From: Hemiscyllium ocellatum
Lineage: Eukaryota
Assembly (NCBI RefSeq): GCF_020745735.1
Contig: NC_083409.1
Location: 4,639,534 to 4,703,533, forward strand
DNA length: 64,000 nt
Direction of reading: 5' to 3'
This document shows, piece after piece, positions 25,286 through 38,115 of this stretch (position 1 is the first letter of the stretch; each line of letters opens with the position of its first letter). The notes beneath the pieces were generated by a model, which ran no database searches, had not been told where the DNA came from, and was given only the letters and a program-made list of their open reading frames with translations. Both the position numbers and the translations under genes were made by a program.

Positions 25286-25429
25286 ACTTGTTCAGGAAGA
25301 TCAGCCACCGATAGAAATATTTTACAAACCATATCTGGATTGGTGTGGGAAAGGCATCAGTAATCATGCAGATAATTATGGGAGAAAGTGAGGACTGAAA
25401 ATGTTGGACAGAGATACAACTTCAGTGTG

Positions 25430-25557
25430 AAAGGGAAGAAAAAAAGAAAGAAGGAGAGAAAGAATGAAGGAAAGAAGGAAATAACGAAGGAAGGGAAGAA
25501 AGAAAGAAGGAAAGAAAGAAAGAAGAAAAGAAGGAAAGAAGGATGGAAAGGAAGAAT
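25430..25557 (+). repeat. (GAAA/GGAA)n microsatellite running into a gap
   Basis: Purine-only tetranucleotide repeats. Confidence 0.9.
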
Positions 25558-25744
25558 NNNNNNNNNNNNNNNNNNNNNNNNNNNNNNNNNNNNNNNNNNN
25601 NNNNNNNNNNNNNNNNNNNNNNNNNNNNNNNNNNNNNNNNNNNNNNNNNNNNNNNNNNNNNNNNNNNNNNNNNNNNNNNNNNNNNNNNNNNNNNNNNNNN
25701 NNNNNNNNNNNNNNNNNNNNNNNNNNNNNNNNNNNNNNNNNNNN
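25558..25744. other. Assembly gap (187 N)
   Basis: Run of N. Confidence 1.
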
Positions 25745-26334
25745 GTATGTGTTACCTATTTAGAATATGTTTAACCCAAATGGAAAGAAGTTGGTTTTGT
25801 ATGGGACAACCTGATTTTTGTGATGACAGCCTGCTGCTATATTTTGGTTTTACGGCACAAAATTTATTTTCCATGATTACCTGAGCGACGTTTTAAGGTT
25901 TCATGATTCGAGAACAAGTCAGAACATAGTTAAGGTACAGTAGTTAAGAACTGAACGAGTGGAGACAATAATGTCTATGTATATTTGTGCCTTGGGCCGG
26001 ATGAAAACAAATGGCTTCACCGAACTCCTGGTAAAGTTCCCTTTCAGTGTTCGGGCGTTGAAGTCAATATTTATACTGATTATTTCTGGAGAGGTACCAT
26101 GGGACGTTTCCTGATGTTCTCAGCTGCGTACAACTTGCATCTTTCTCGTTATTAATGGTTCTCGCCCCAGCAAGGATTCAATTCATGGCAACTGAAGAAC
26201 AAGGAACAGCTGTGGTCATCATATCATTTTCTTGGAAAATAGTGAAGAGTGATGACTGTACTTGGTAATAATTGAGGCTGTTTCCTTACTTATTCATTGC
26301 ACATGTGTCACAGAGGTTGAAAAGTGAGCAATGT

Positions 26335-26482
26335 GATTAGATTAATTACATTGTGGAAACACGCCCTTCGGCCCAACAAGTCCACACCGACCCGCCGAAG
26401 CGCAACCAATCCATACCCCTACATTTACCCCTTACCTAACACTACGGGCAATTTAGCATGGCCAATTCACCTGACTCGCACA
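26335..26482 (-). mobile_element. 5'-truncated HE1 SINE
   Basis: Nearly identical to 24976-25125. Confidence 0.92.
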
Positions 26483-27349
26483 TGTGCAGAGACATGGACT
26501 CTCTGTGTTAAATACTTGAAACACAGTGCACAGTTCTGGACTACAAACTTGTTTTTCACAAAGACATGCTGAGATGCACATATTCTCTCTATTCTTTGAA
26601 CACAGCAACAGAGGTTCACAGTGAACAGTTCAGATTCTCGGCATGACTCCTCAACATGCCTACATTTTTTTCACATCTAAATACATTAGATCGATGAGAC
26701 TCTGGTACTGCATCGAGATTAGTTCGGACATATTTGGAACACTAGAGGCATTCCTCATGGCAGACTGAAACAAAAAATAAACCACATGTTTCAGGGATTA
26801 GTTTACAAGATGAATATTGAACTGACAACTTCAAAGAAGGTAGATCGTCGGGGTCCAGGGCGTTGTTCTAAAATTCAGAATGGCGGGCTGCGACTAGTTG
26901 GAAATGAGTAAAAGTGATTTATACCACTGTTCGAATTCATTGGATCATTGACCTCTCTTCCAATCTGAGCTGAATATTCAGAGATCGACTGGGCCACACA
27001 GAAAGCCATATTCGAGAGTGGTCTCCGTCTGCTCGTGCACTTGTGGTAAAGGAGTCAAGTAAACATTGATTGTAGAAGAGATGAAACTTTGAAACTCTAC
27101 ACCAACAGATTCCAGATCAGTATCTCGAGTATTGTTATAAAAATTATGACTGAACTTCACAGATTATTAGAGTTGCCCTTACTCTGCATTTTTTTTTCTT
27201 CTAGACATGACCTTATATTCTGAATTTTGTAGCATTACCTTGATTGAGTTGAATCTAGATTTGCGAGGACAGCGCATAAGATGGTACTCTTTAGCGTATC
27301 TTATTAAGGTTTGGCTAATAACTAAAATAAATCAAATTAAATGTTAACG

Positions 27350-27770
27350 ATCGAGGGCACCACACTGATGCATTTGCAACCCCAGTGGTCAAAGAATTCC
27401 AATCTGTGAAACACCATCCTCAATTACGTCTGTCTTTGAAAAGAAAGCCAATTTTGTATCCAACAGAACAAGTGACTTTGCATTTCACCTGGTGTAATTT
27501 TCTGACCAAATCCACCGGGGGTGGGGGGGGGGGGGGAGGTGGAACTTAGAAAATGTTTCAGTGAAGTCCGTGTAGACACCATCCATTGTCGTACACACAG
27601 CCATCACACTCTCAAAGAAATAAATCAAATTGGTGAGACAAGACTTCCCCAGCATGAAGCCATGCTTACTCTCCTTCGTGCGAACATGTGTTTCCAAATT
27701 CACGTAAATGCTGTCAGTAAGAGTCTTAAGCAATCATTTTGCTCCCATGACGGAAGGCTCGGCCAACCAT
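27350..27770 (-). mobile_element. CR1 RT fragment
   Basis: KHGFMLGKSCLTNLIYFFE...DGVYTDF. Confidence 0.8.
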
Positions 27771-27796
27771 AATTAGCTAAAATAATGTACCCTCAT

Positions 27797-28104
27797 GGGT
27801 GGTATGATGGCACAATGGTTAGCACTGCTGCTCACTGCGCTAGAAACCAGGGTTCAATTCTTGCCTCAGCAACTGCCTGTGTGTTGTTTGCCCTTTCTCA
27901 CCATGTCTGCTTGGGTTTCCTCCGTTTACTCTGATTTCCTCTCACAGTCCAAAAATGGGCACGATTGGTGAATTGACCGTGCTAAATTGCCCGTAGTGTT
28001 AGGTGAAGGGGTAAATGTAAGAGAATAGGTCTCGGTGAGTTGCCCTTCGGAGGGTCAGTGTGGACTTGTTGGTCCAAAGTGTTGTTTCCACACTATAAGT
28101 AATC
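27797..28104 (+). mobile_element. HE1-type SINE
   Basis: A box TGGCACAATGGTTAGC, B box GGGTTCAATTC, HE1 core and tail. Confidence 0.9.
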
Positions 28105-29849
28105 ATATTGTTCTTCTTCAACCATTTAAATTGCAATGGCTGTCCTGTATTTCCTGAGACCTTCCCTGCATTTAAAGAGGATAGAATGACCTCTGGGAAG
28201 AGCCCAGCAATCAGCACATTTTTTGCTCTCATCTTCATGTAATAGATCCCATCACGACGGGGCGAATGATCTATTTTACTATTTTATTCAAGATGCCAAG
28301 TCACTCCGCATTAATATTGAAACGCCAAACAGTGTTTTTTCACCAATCCCAAGTTTTACCCCAGTCCAATTTCTTATCATTCTAAAAAGCTGATACAAAT
28401 ATGCAGTAAAGAACTCATCCACTTTGTCAGGCAGGAAACATAAATTTATTTATTTATCGTTGAGAGGTCGTCCATTCTCTCTACCTTCCCTTCTTAATAT
28501 GCAAATACAATGTATTGTGATTCTCCTTAGGCCTACTTGCCAAGGGCAGTTTGGACCCCCACCCCCACCCCCACCCACTGCCTTACCCCGCCTAATTTCT
28601 TCTTTAAGTTTATTTTAATTGTTATCCTTTCATTAACCAAGGGTCTCGACTTATTTCAGTTTTGTAACGCTAACACTTTCCCTTTGCTTCGTAATTGCTC
28701 TTTCAGTATCTCTGATTTTCCAACATTCCCAAATCCTGCCACCATTTTCTTTTTCCCTTCAGAATGCGCTTTGACATGATCTCTGGTGAACTGGCTTCAA
28801 AATGCTTGCATCTCTCAGGTGTGGATATGTGGAGTTATCTTCAAACAACAGCTGTGCTGTAATTTGTGCACTTATTGTCTGCTAGTTTTGTTCTTACCCT
28901 TCCACAACTTATGCTTTCAGTTGGTGACCCGCATTTTCCTGATATATAAATCTCCCAAATTTTGCTAAAAGAATCATCAGCGTTCGCCAAATTATGCGCA
29001 ACTGAAACATCAAATACCTTTTGAGGATCGTTTCCCAACTACAATTTCCAAAATGACCCCTTTCCGAGTTGAAGTGTACACCTGTTGCTTCATTCAAGTT
29101 CTCTCCGATCTAAACGGCTGGCCGAAAGGAAGTTTGAAATCGAAGTAATGAGCATGGTACAAGGGAATTGCAATAAACAGAGATTGATTATGTGAATGTT
29201 TAAAATGTTTCGATTTTTTTTCATGTGACCAAATATGTAATTGCGGATTCTGCCAGGAAGAAATAACTGAAAGCATACATTAAAATCATCAGAAATATGA
29301 AAGCTCGGTGGTGTTGAGACATCTCAGCATTCATCCGCGGAGCACCAAATAAATATGATCAAAAATTAACCGCTTTGGTTTATTAAATCTGAAAAGGCAT
29401 TCAAAGTGGCAAGGAACAATCATGCCACAGATGTAGCTGGATATTGTAAGTATTTGCACGAAGAGAGAATCTATTCATCACTGCTTGACTTCAGTAAGAA
29501 TTCCAAAAACTATTCCGACACTGTCGAGAAATGTTGTTGTGACATTAATGAGAAACTCAACTGGCCAAAACATATAATACATTGGCCTTAAGAAACTCTG
29601 AGTGCTATCACTGTTGGTACCCACGGCTGTCCCAAATCTGAGAATCATCGAAATGACAATAATCAGGAATGTTAGTTTTCTATCGCCGCGTTAGGGTACA
29701 ACTCCACATTGAACAACGTCCAACAAGCTTTCCACCTTTGAGGACACCTGCACCATTTAGTGAAACTATTTACTAAAAGGAGCTGAAAATAACGACAGCT
29801 GTTTGAACAGGTTCTATAAAATACAGGGAACCCTCAAGGTTGCCACCAT

Positions 29850-31995
29850 TTTGGCAGGATTGTTAAAAAGGCGTAGGATGTGTTGGTTTTCATTTGAAGT
29901 GAAATTGAGTTGAAGATCCGCAAGGTTATGCTGCAGCTCTATAAGCCCTGGTTAGACCACATTTGGAATATAGGTTTCCTTTCTGGTCGCCTAATTACAG
30001 GAACGATGTTGAAATTATAGAGAAGATGCAGAGGCGGTTTTGTATGGACTCTGCCTGGACTGAAGAATATTTTTTATGAAGAAAGGGTGAGGGTGCCAGG
30101 GTGTATTGCATTGGAGCGAAGAAGGATGTGAGGTTTCTTGACAGAGGTATGAAAGATGATGAGAGGCGTAACTAAAGCGGATAGCCAGAGATGTTTTCTC
30201 AGGGAGGAAATGTTTACCATGAGAGGACATAGAATGAAACCTGAAAGGAACAACACCCCCACGTTCTATGGACGACCTAAAGTGCACAAACCAGACATCA
30301 CACTCAGACCCATAGTATCACTATCAGGGACATCATCACACAAACTGGCGAAAGAACTAGAGCAGAAACTGAAACATCTGATCAGCGGATCCAGACAATC
30401 TATAGAGTCAACACAGGAATTCTTGGACATCATCAGAAATATACACATAGACAAGGAAGAAACAATGGTCTATCGACAAAACCCTAGCAAGAGAAACAAT
30501 AGCCAACCTGATTGACACACAGAACAGACAAAAAGACGGGGAACATATCAACAAAGACTGCCTACTCAAACTACTGGACCTGTGCCTCACAACACACTTC
30601 ACATTCAACAACCAAATATATGAACAAATCAACGGGACACCCATGGGCGCACCCTTCTCTGGACTCATAGCAGAAGCGGTAATGTAAAGGTTAGAACAGT
30701 CTTACCGCAAATTCAACCCAAACTCTGGGACAGATATGTAGATGATACCTTTGTAATCATTAAAAACACAGAAATAGAGAACACACACGGGATCATCAAA
30801 GCCACACTCACAGGAATCCGATTAACTGAAGAGGAAGAAAAGGAAAACAAACTCACATTCCTAGACATGATAGTACGGAGAACACATCACGGAGAATTCA
30901 CCACAAAGGTATACAGGAAAGCCATACACACAGACCAAGTCCTAAAATACAAAATCAACCACCCCAACAAACACGATAGAAGTTGCATCAAGACAATGTC
31001 AAAAAGGACCACAACACTCTGCAGTGCACAAGAACTGCAAAAAGAGGAAGAAGAACACCTATACAATGAATTCGCCAAAAACGGATGCACGCAATTTCAT
31101 CAACAGAGCCTACGGGAAAGACAACGGAATGAGGACATGCCACAACCCAAAGGACTAGCCACACTACAATACATAAAAAACATTTCCGAACTGACAGCCA
31201 GACTCCGCGACCACGAGGACTCAGAACAGCACACAAACCAACAGCCACTCTCAGACAACAACTCACCAGGACGAAGGACCCGATACCCAGCATGAGCAAA
31301 ACCAATGTAGTGTCCAAAATCCCAGGAAGACAGCTAACGATCAGCATCCATGAACACCAATTAGCCACGAAATGAAATGACCAGCTATACGTAGTAGCCA
31401 CACACTCAGATGACAAGCAACATGAGTTGAACTGGGACAACACTACCATTATAAGACAAGACAAACAGAGAACAGCTGGGAAATTCCAAGAGGCATGACA
31501 CTCATCTACAGATTCAATCAATAAGCACATCGACCTGGACCCAATATAGCGGCCCCTGCAGCGGACAGCTGGAAATGACAACCGGAAGCGGCAGGTACAA
31601 ATCACTATAAATGCTGGAGGAAACAACACAGAAGCGCTTCACAGGAGGCTCCCAAGCACTGAAGATGTCACCGAGACAGGGGACAAAACGCCTGCAACAC
31701 AAATTCCCAGCTCGGCGAACACAACCACAACAACGAGCACCCGAGCTACAAATCTTCTCCCAAAGTATATAATCAAATAAGGAAGGGTAAGGGGAGATGA
31801 CAGAGATGACATCTTTGAGCAGAGAGTTATCAGTGCGTGGAATGCAAGTTGTGGTAGGAGAATCAAATGCAGAAGGGACATTCTCAAATATGCACATGGA
31901 TGGTAATAAGTTTGATCTTTAGGCAGGGTATTGTATAGGCACAATGTCGAAGGGCGAAAACCCTGTAGATTTCTGTACTTTTCTCTGCTCTATGT
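29850..31995 (+). mobile_element. CR1 3' region split by a Penelope insertion (29850-30231 and 31765-31995)
   Basis: MLQLYKPWLDHIW/RPHLEY-like, MRGVTKADSQ..MRGH before; QRVISAWNA and 3' UTR after. Confidence 0.8.
30232..31762 (+). mobile_element. Penelope-like element family B: RT, GIY-YIG, terminus
   Basis: FYGRPKVHKPDITLRPIVS, QINGTPMGAP, RYVDDTF, FLD, TKVYRK, NVV.KIP; terminal hammerhead-like motif 31659-31692. Confidence 0.95.
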
Positions 31996-32274
31996 CGAAC
32001 TATATTTCAAATATGAGAGATCTGCACAATTAGTGGTCAATTGTGTCTGCCTTAGTCAGACATCAAATGATAGGAGCATGTAATTTTGTGCATTGAAAAA
32101 ACAATTATTTGTTGAAAATGCCTATGCTGACATTTTTAATATAAAATACAGGTAGCCCAGTGATTAAAGCTTAATGAGAAAAGGTAGGATACTGTTGAAA
32201 GATCTAGAGACTTTTCATTACTATCCGACTTATTCTTTAGACATAAAGGCCCCATCAGAAGATGGAGTAGGAGA

Positions 32275-33560
32275 CGGTGAGGAGTCCGGATGCTACTGAT
32301 CAGAGTCGAGAATGTATTCCTAGAAAAGCACAGTAGATCAGGCGACAGCTGAGGAGAAGCTGAATCTATGTTTCAGGCGTCAGCACTTCATCAAGAATGA
32401 GGGTTGAGAGATACATGGGAGGGGGTGGGTTGGCGGGGAAGAGAGCTACGAAAGGGATGGGTGGATGAAGATGAGGGAGGTGATAGTTCCAAGCGGGGTG
32501 TGATGGACATGTATGGAGGGTGCTGCCCAATTGGAAGCTTGGGACTGGGATAACTAAGAAATTCTCAGATTGCCATCTTGCACCGTGATTGCAAATTCCC
32601 TTCCCACGTGCTTGACGATGCCCGACATAACATCATGTCCACTTGCTGCAGCACTGGTCTTGAACGCCACTCCTCGCAGCTCAACAAGGACTGACCGCCC
32701 CGGTCCTCACCTACTACCCCACCAATCTCTGCATACATCACATCATCCTCGGTCACTTCTGTCAACTCGAAAAGGCCCCCATCATCTAAGATATATTTCC
32801 CTCCCCACTCCTATATGCGTTCCAGAAAGACCATTCCCCCACAACTTCCTCGTGAGGTGCACACCTCAGTCCTGGCACCTTTCCCTGCCACCGCAGAAAT
32901 GGAAAACATGCGCCCTCACAACTCCACTCACGTCCGCCGAAGGCCCCAAGGGATCCTTCCAGATCCATTGCAAATTTACCTGTAGCAATACCAATGTCAT
33001 TTACTACATCCGGTCCACCCGGTGATAGCTCCTTTACATCTGGGAGACAGGAGGCCTTCTTGCAGAGAACAACTCTGGGACACCCACACCCATCACACCC
33101 ATCACCTCGTTGCTGAAAAATTCAACTCCTCTTCCCACTCGATCAAGGCCATGCAAGTCCTGGGTCTTCTCCACTACCAAACAGTTACCACAGGATGCCT
33201 GGAGGAAGAATACCTCATAACCCACCAAAGGATCTTGCAAACTCACGAGGTATATCTAGATTTCAACACCTTCCTCATTTCCCATTCCTCCACATTATCC
33301 CAGTCCCAAGCTTCCAACTCGGCACAACTTTCTTACCTGTCCATCATTCCACCCTCTGACCTTTCACGTCCCTCAAATTTATCCACCTGTCTGTCCTTCA
33401 AATAACTAAAAATCTGCGCAACCCAATCTTCCTCACTTTTATCTCTCAGCCTCGGCCCACCTGTCTAATTACTGACAAAGGGATTATGCTTAAAACGTCG
33501 ATTCTTCTGCTCATCAGATGCTGCGTGACCTGCTATGCTTTTGCAGCAACACACGATCGA
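32275..33560 (+). mobile_element. Penelope-like element family A with inverted 5' pLTR
   Basis: Inverted pLTR 32275-32560; GPKGSFQIHCKFTCSNTNVIYYIRSTR, MQVLGLLH; direct pLTR 33465-33560. Confidence 0.88.
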
Positions 33561-33838
33561 CACCCATCAGAAGATGGATTTTGTTTTTAGTTGTGCAGAG
33601 TAATAATTTTGAAGAGGCGAAAACGAAATTCAGAAAGGTATCGTCAGACTGGTCTTGAAGAATGGATCCAACGTAATAAAGTGCACAACAGTAAAACGAA
33701 AAGATTTTCGCCCCAACTACAGGAATCGCAAAGTTGTTAAACAATGTTTTCAGAACAGAACAACGTTTTAGTTATTTTCCCAATAACTGGTGACCACAAT
33801 GCAGCTTTTCCCGAATGCATAGGGTTACTTTAGTCCTT

Positions 33839-33926
33839 CTGGATTAGTGGTGTTGGAAGAGCACAGCAGTTCAGGCAGCGTCCAAAGTGCAGCGAAATCG
33901 ACGTTTGGGGCAGAAGCCCTTCATCA
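33839..33926 (-). mobile_element. 88-bp PLE pLTR fragment with perfect 14-bp target-site duplication
   Basis: TTACTTTAGTCCTT at 33825-33838 and 33927-33940. Confidence 0.9.
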
Positions 33927-33944
33927 TTACTTTAGTCCTTGATG

Positions 33945-34160
33945 TGCAGGAATGAATCTCACTCACTATCATGGGATGAGTCTCAGTCAGTAACAAGGGT
34001 TGAATCTCAGTCAGTGTCAGGGATTGAACCAGAGTGGACCATCTGTCAGTGAGTTGAAAGGGATTGTAAGTCAGTCAATGAGCGGGATTGAATCTCAGCC
34101 AGTGACAGGAATTCGGCACGTGATAATGGAATAGGGTTTTCTTGAACTGTGAGTGAAATA
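33945..34160. repeat. Degenerate ~24-bp minisatellite
   Basis: Recurrent GGGATTGAATCTCAGTCAGTG. Confidence 0.7.
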
Positions 34161-34443
34161 GAATCAAATGTCAAAAGGGCATGAACAAATTGGTGGAATG
34201 ATTTGATATCTATGCAGAGAAATGTAACACTGAAAAAACGTCCTGGAATGAAAAAAGAAACAAGATGCAGTTCCAGAGGAGACAGGGGAGGAGAGAAAGC
34301 TGAATGCATAAGTACAAATTACTTAACCGTGCAGTAATCTTTCAGGAAACACCTATGTTTGGCCTTCTGGGGGAATGTGGCTGGGAATCAGGCGGAGATA
34401 TTCACGAACACATCACAAACGTGAATGTTTTCAGTAATACACT

Positions 34444-35004
34444 CGTTATGAAACTGACTACACCCCTTCGAAACACTTCGAAAAAGTAACCCAACTCTTA
34501 ACTTTTCATCTTGTTTTAAGCAGATGTGACGTGGATATTTTAAGAGGGATGTAACTGGTCAAACCACTCAGTTTAAGAAAAACGGAATCCATTCACAAGA
34601 TTACAGATTCAAACGCGAACAAAACAGCGAACAGAATACTGAAATATTTCAACTATCCGAAAACGCTACAGATCATCCCAGAATAATGATGCTGTCCCAC
34701 ACATTTTGAAAGAATCCCCACATTCACCCTTTGGCCCAAAAGGGAAAAATATCACAGGACGTCCCGGGGACAGATAGAGTTTGCAACACGGAACAACCCC
34801 TTGCAATTAGCATACTTAAACTGACTGGCTGTTTTCAGTGAACAGCCAGACTGCCAAAACTAAATCAAACAGATAGGTGCTTTGCTCAGAGGAGTGGCCA
34901 CAACTCTGTCATTACAAAAATGATTTATTTTTTAACGTTAATGAGGAAAATTGGTCGGAAAACCCATCCAAGCAACATTTTATAGAATCTTTGATTTTGC
35001 GACT
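34444..35004. mobile_element. Possible solo LTR
   Basis: Starts CGTTATGAAAC (TG decayed), ends TGCGACT; non-coding; size typical of an LTR; no clear TSD. Confidence 0.3.
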
Positions 35005-35149
35005 TGGGAAAAAAAGGACAGTATAGCTTCGTGAATGGAGGAACAACGTTTTGGATGACAGACCCAAATTGGAATATCCAGGATGGAGTTATTTGCTGAA
35101 AAGGGTCGTGTCAGTTATTGTGCTGTGTAATTTTTAATTGGATTTTGGA

Positions 35150-36010
35150 AATATCAGCTTGTGAGTTGTTGTGGGAAATTGTGCTGGAGACGGTGTGCAT
35201 GCGAGCTGTTGTGTGGGTTTTTTCAATATAGACAGTATGCATATTGTCGTGTGGGGGTTGTTACATGCTGGACACAGTGTATGTAAGATGGTGTGTGGGT
35301 TATTGAATTGAGGACAGGGTAGGTGTGCGATGGGCTACAGGCCTCTGTAGAGGCAACAGTGCGTATGTGAGGTGTGCGGAATGTTCCTGTGCAGCAGACA
35401 GGGTTTGTGCGAGATGGGGAGGAGGTTCCTGGATGGGGACAGGATGAGTGCGAGGTGGGGTGCAGTTTTTGTATATGGGATCGTGTGTGTGAAATGTGGT
35501 TTTGCCTTTTGTGTTAAGGAAAGATTGTGTGCGATTTGGAGTCGGTCTGTTCGGTTGGAGACAAGATATGCCTGAGATGGAGGTTTGGTTTCTGTAGCAT
35601 GGTGTGTGGGTGAAATGGGCTGCACATTACTACATGGGAATAAGTTGTATTTGCGATGAGATATGGGTCTTTATACCGTGGATTGCATGAGTGTGAGATG
35701 GGACATAAGTCATTGCATTGGGAACAGGGTCAATGCGAGATGGGACATGGGTTTTTATATTCGGGACACGTTGTGTGTGAGATCGAGTGTTTCAGGACAA
35801 GGTGAGTGTGAAGTATGCTGGATTAATGTATTGGGACAAAGTCTGTGCAATGGGGTGTATATATTTCTGTTGAGATCACATTCGATGTGTGAGAGAGTAA
35901 AGATCATTCCATTGGGGACAGCGTGCATTTGAGATTGGTACGGTGTGTATGATACACAGGATTCTTTGTTATCTTGGGGACAAGGTGTGCGACGAGCTGG
36001 GACACAATTA
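35150..36010. repeat. Degenerate ~38-40-bp GT-rich minisatellite
   Basis: Recurrent GGGACAG.GTG.GTG.GAGATGG units. Confidence 0.7.
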
Positions 36011-36849
36011 CAGTTTTAGCAATGAGTACGACCGGATCAGAACGTGAGAGGATTGGAACTGAGATGAATTAATTGAACTTTGATCTTACGAACCAAAGGC
36101 CTTTTCAACTTCAATATCAATCTCAAATGCTCTACTCCAATGTTTCTGCCATTCGTGATAAAATTGCTCACTAAATGTTTCACAATCTACTACTTATTTG
36201 TTGTGCAAACCATGGGATTTCGACTCTGAAGAAGACTTTGAACGTCCTCATTGTGACTCTGACCTCCATAGCCAAATGCAATGCAATCAACTACAATATT
36301 AACTGACAAACAACACATGTTGGTTTCACGTGCTGAATGTTCATCGAATGCCTCTTCCCTGTAGATTCCTTATTCCTGCCTCTCTGACGCAGGAGATACA
36401 TAATACAGTGCAGATCACACCTTGTCAGAATGGAGTGGTATTTCTCTCTCTTGATTTCTACACTGCCAGCTCCCAATTTATATGGTGTATGTTCTCACTC
36501 CCTCTCTTCTGTCTCTCTCTCTCCCCTCCGGAAAACTCTCCTACAGAACATCCGAGAATTCTTGGATTGAGAAAAAGACGCAGACGGTTCTGAAAACTGC
36601 AAGAGTGTAGGCTTCGTTTTAAAAGACAATGCACTTTTAAGAAAGAAATAATGCACTAAAATAAGCCAGGTAGCTCACTTTTTGTTGTTGGGAAATTGCG
36701 GATGTCCATAATCCTCTTCCTCAACTAATGATGGGCATCTCTATCACGTGAAAAGCTGGTTGATTTCCCTTCTCGTCTGAATACCGGAAGACTCCCTGTC
36801 GATGGGACACAAGATCTTCAGTGTATCAAGAATACAATGGAAATATCAG

Positions 36850-38115
36850 CCGAGAGATGGAAAGAGTGGCAGAGAGAGACAGAGACAGAGACAGACAGAC
36901 AGAGAGAGAGATAAACAGACAGATTGATTCAAATGTTGAGACAGAGCAATTCAAAGAGAAACACAGAGCAGCAAAGAGAAAAGTGAGTGATAGACAAAGA
37001 GAGAGACAAAGAATGATTTAGAGAGAAATAGACAGAAGTATGGAGTAGTAGAGGGGAGAGGGAAAATTAAAGAGAGAGAGAGAAAGTAAAAGAGGAACAG
37101 AAGAACTGTGAGAGACTGGATGAGAGAGAGCCAAAGTTAGAAAGTGAATGATAGGCAGTGAGATGCATAGAGAAAGAGAGAGAAAGAGAGAGAGAGATAG
37201 AGAGAGAGAAGAGAAAAGAGGATGTTAGTGAGGGAGCGACAAATGAAGAGAGAGAAAGAGGCAAAGGCTGCGAGAGAGAGGAAATGAAAAGGCGTGGCAA
37301 GGGACAAAGAAAGAATGAGTGAAAGGAAGGGACAGAGACAGGGAGGAATAAAGAGTGAAAGAAATACAGTGAGAGAGAGAGACACACAGTGTGTGATAGA
37401 GAAATAACAAGTGAGAGAGAATGAAGCAGACAAAGTGAGAGGAGTGAAGACAACCTTCTTGCGACAGGGAGAAAAGGAACGAGGGACGTACAAAAGGGGC
37501 AGAGAGAAGCAGAGAGAGAAAAAAACGAAACAGAACGAAACGAAGAAGTGGAACCAGAATGTTTGAGAGGGGCAGATGGAGGGAAATAAGAGACAATGGC
37601 ATAGAGAGACGCTGACTGAGGCAAAAAGACGCACAAAGAAAGAAAAACAACGATGCAATGCGAGAGAGTTAGAGAGGCAAAGAGAGATAGGGAGAGAGTT
37701 GGAGCGACAGATAGAGAGGCAAGTAGAGAGACATAGAGAAAGAGACATACAGAAGAGAAAAAGAAAGACCCATACAGGGATAGAAAGAGAGAGATGGAAG
37801 CAATGAGTGAGCGAGAGACAAAATGGAAAAAGAGAAAATGGGAGACAGGGCGAGAGAACGGCAGAGATAGAGCGAATTAAGGAGTAAGAGAGAGGGATAG
37901 ACAGAGGGAGACAGATGATGAAATAGAGAGACAGAGAGAGGCAGGGCAGAGACTAACAGGCAGGAGAGAACGTGAGATAGACGAATGCGAGAGAGAGCGA
38001 GAGAGAGAGAAGGAGAGAGAAACCCAATGAAGTCAACGAATAGATATGGAGTGAGAGAGAGTTAAAGTGAGATGGAATGGCAGAAAAGACAAAGACAGGA
38101 GGAGGCAAAGCACAA
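36850..38115 (+). repeat. AG-rich low-complexity tract
   Basis: Degenerate (AG)n/(AGAC)n over 1.3 kb. Confidence 0.95.

Noticed and set aside
20154-25884. ORFs spanning N runs
   Set aside because: Artefacts of the assembly gaps
26522-26550. CACAGTG as a recombination signal sequence
   Set aside because: No ACAAAAACC-like nonamer at 12- or 23-bp spacing and no adjacent V/D/J segment
33945-34160. Short periodic repeats as a CRISPR-like array
   Set aside because: Vertebrate DNA; degenerate tandem units without unique spacers or cas genes
37067-37806. Hydrophobic or R/E-rich ORFs of 140-200 aa
   Set aside because: Translations of the (AG)n tract
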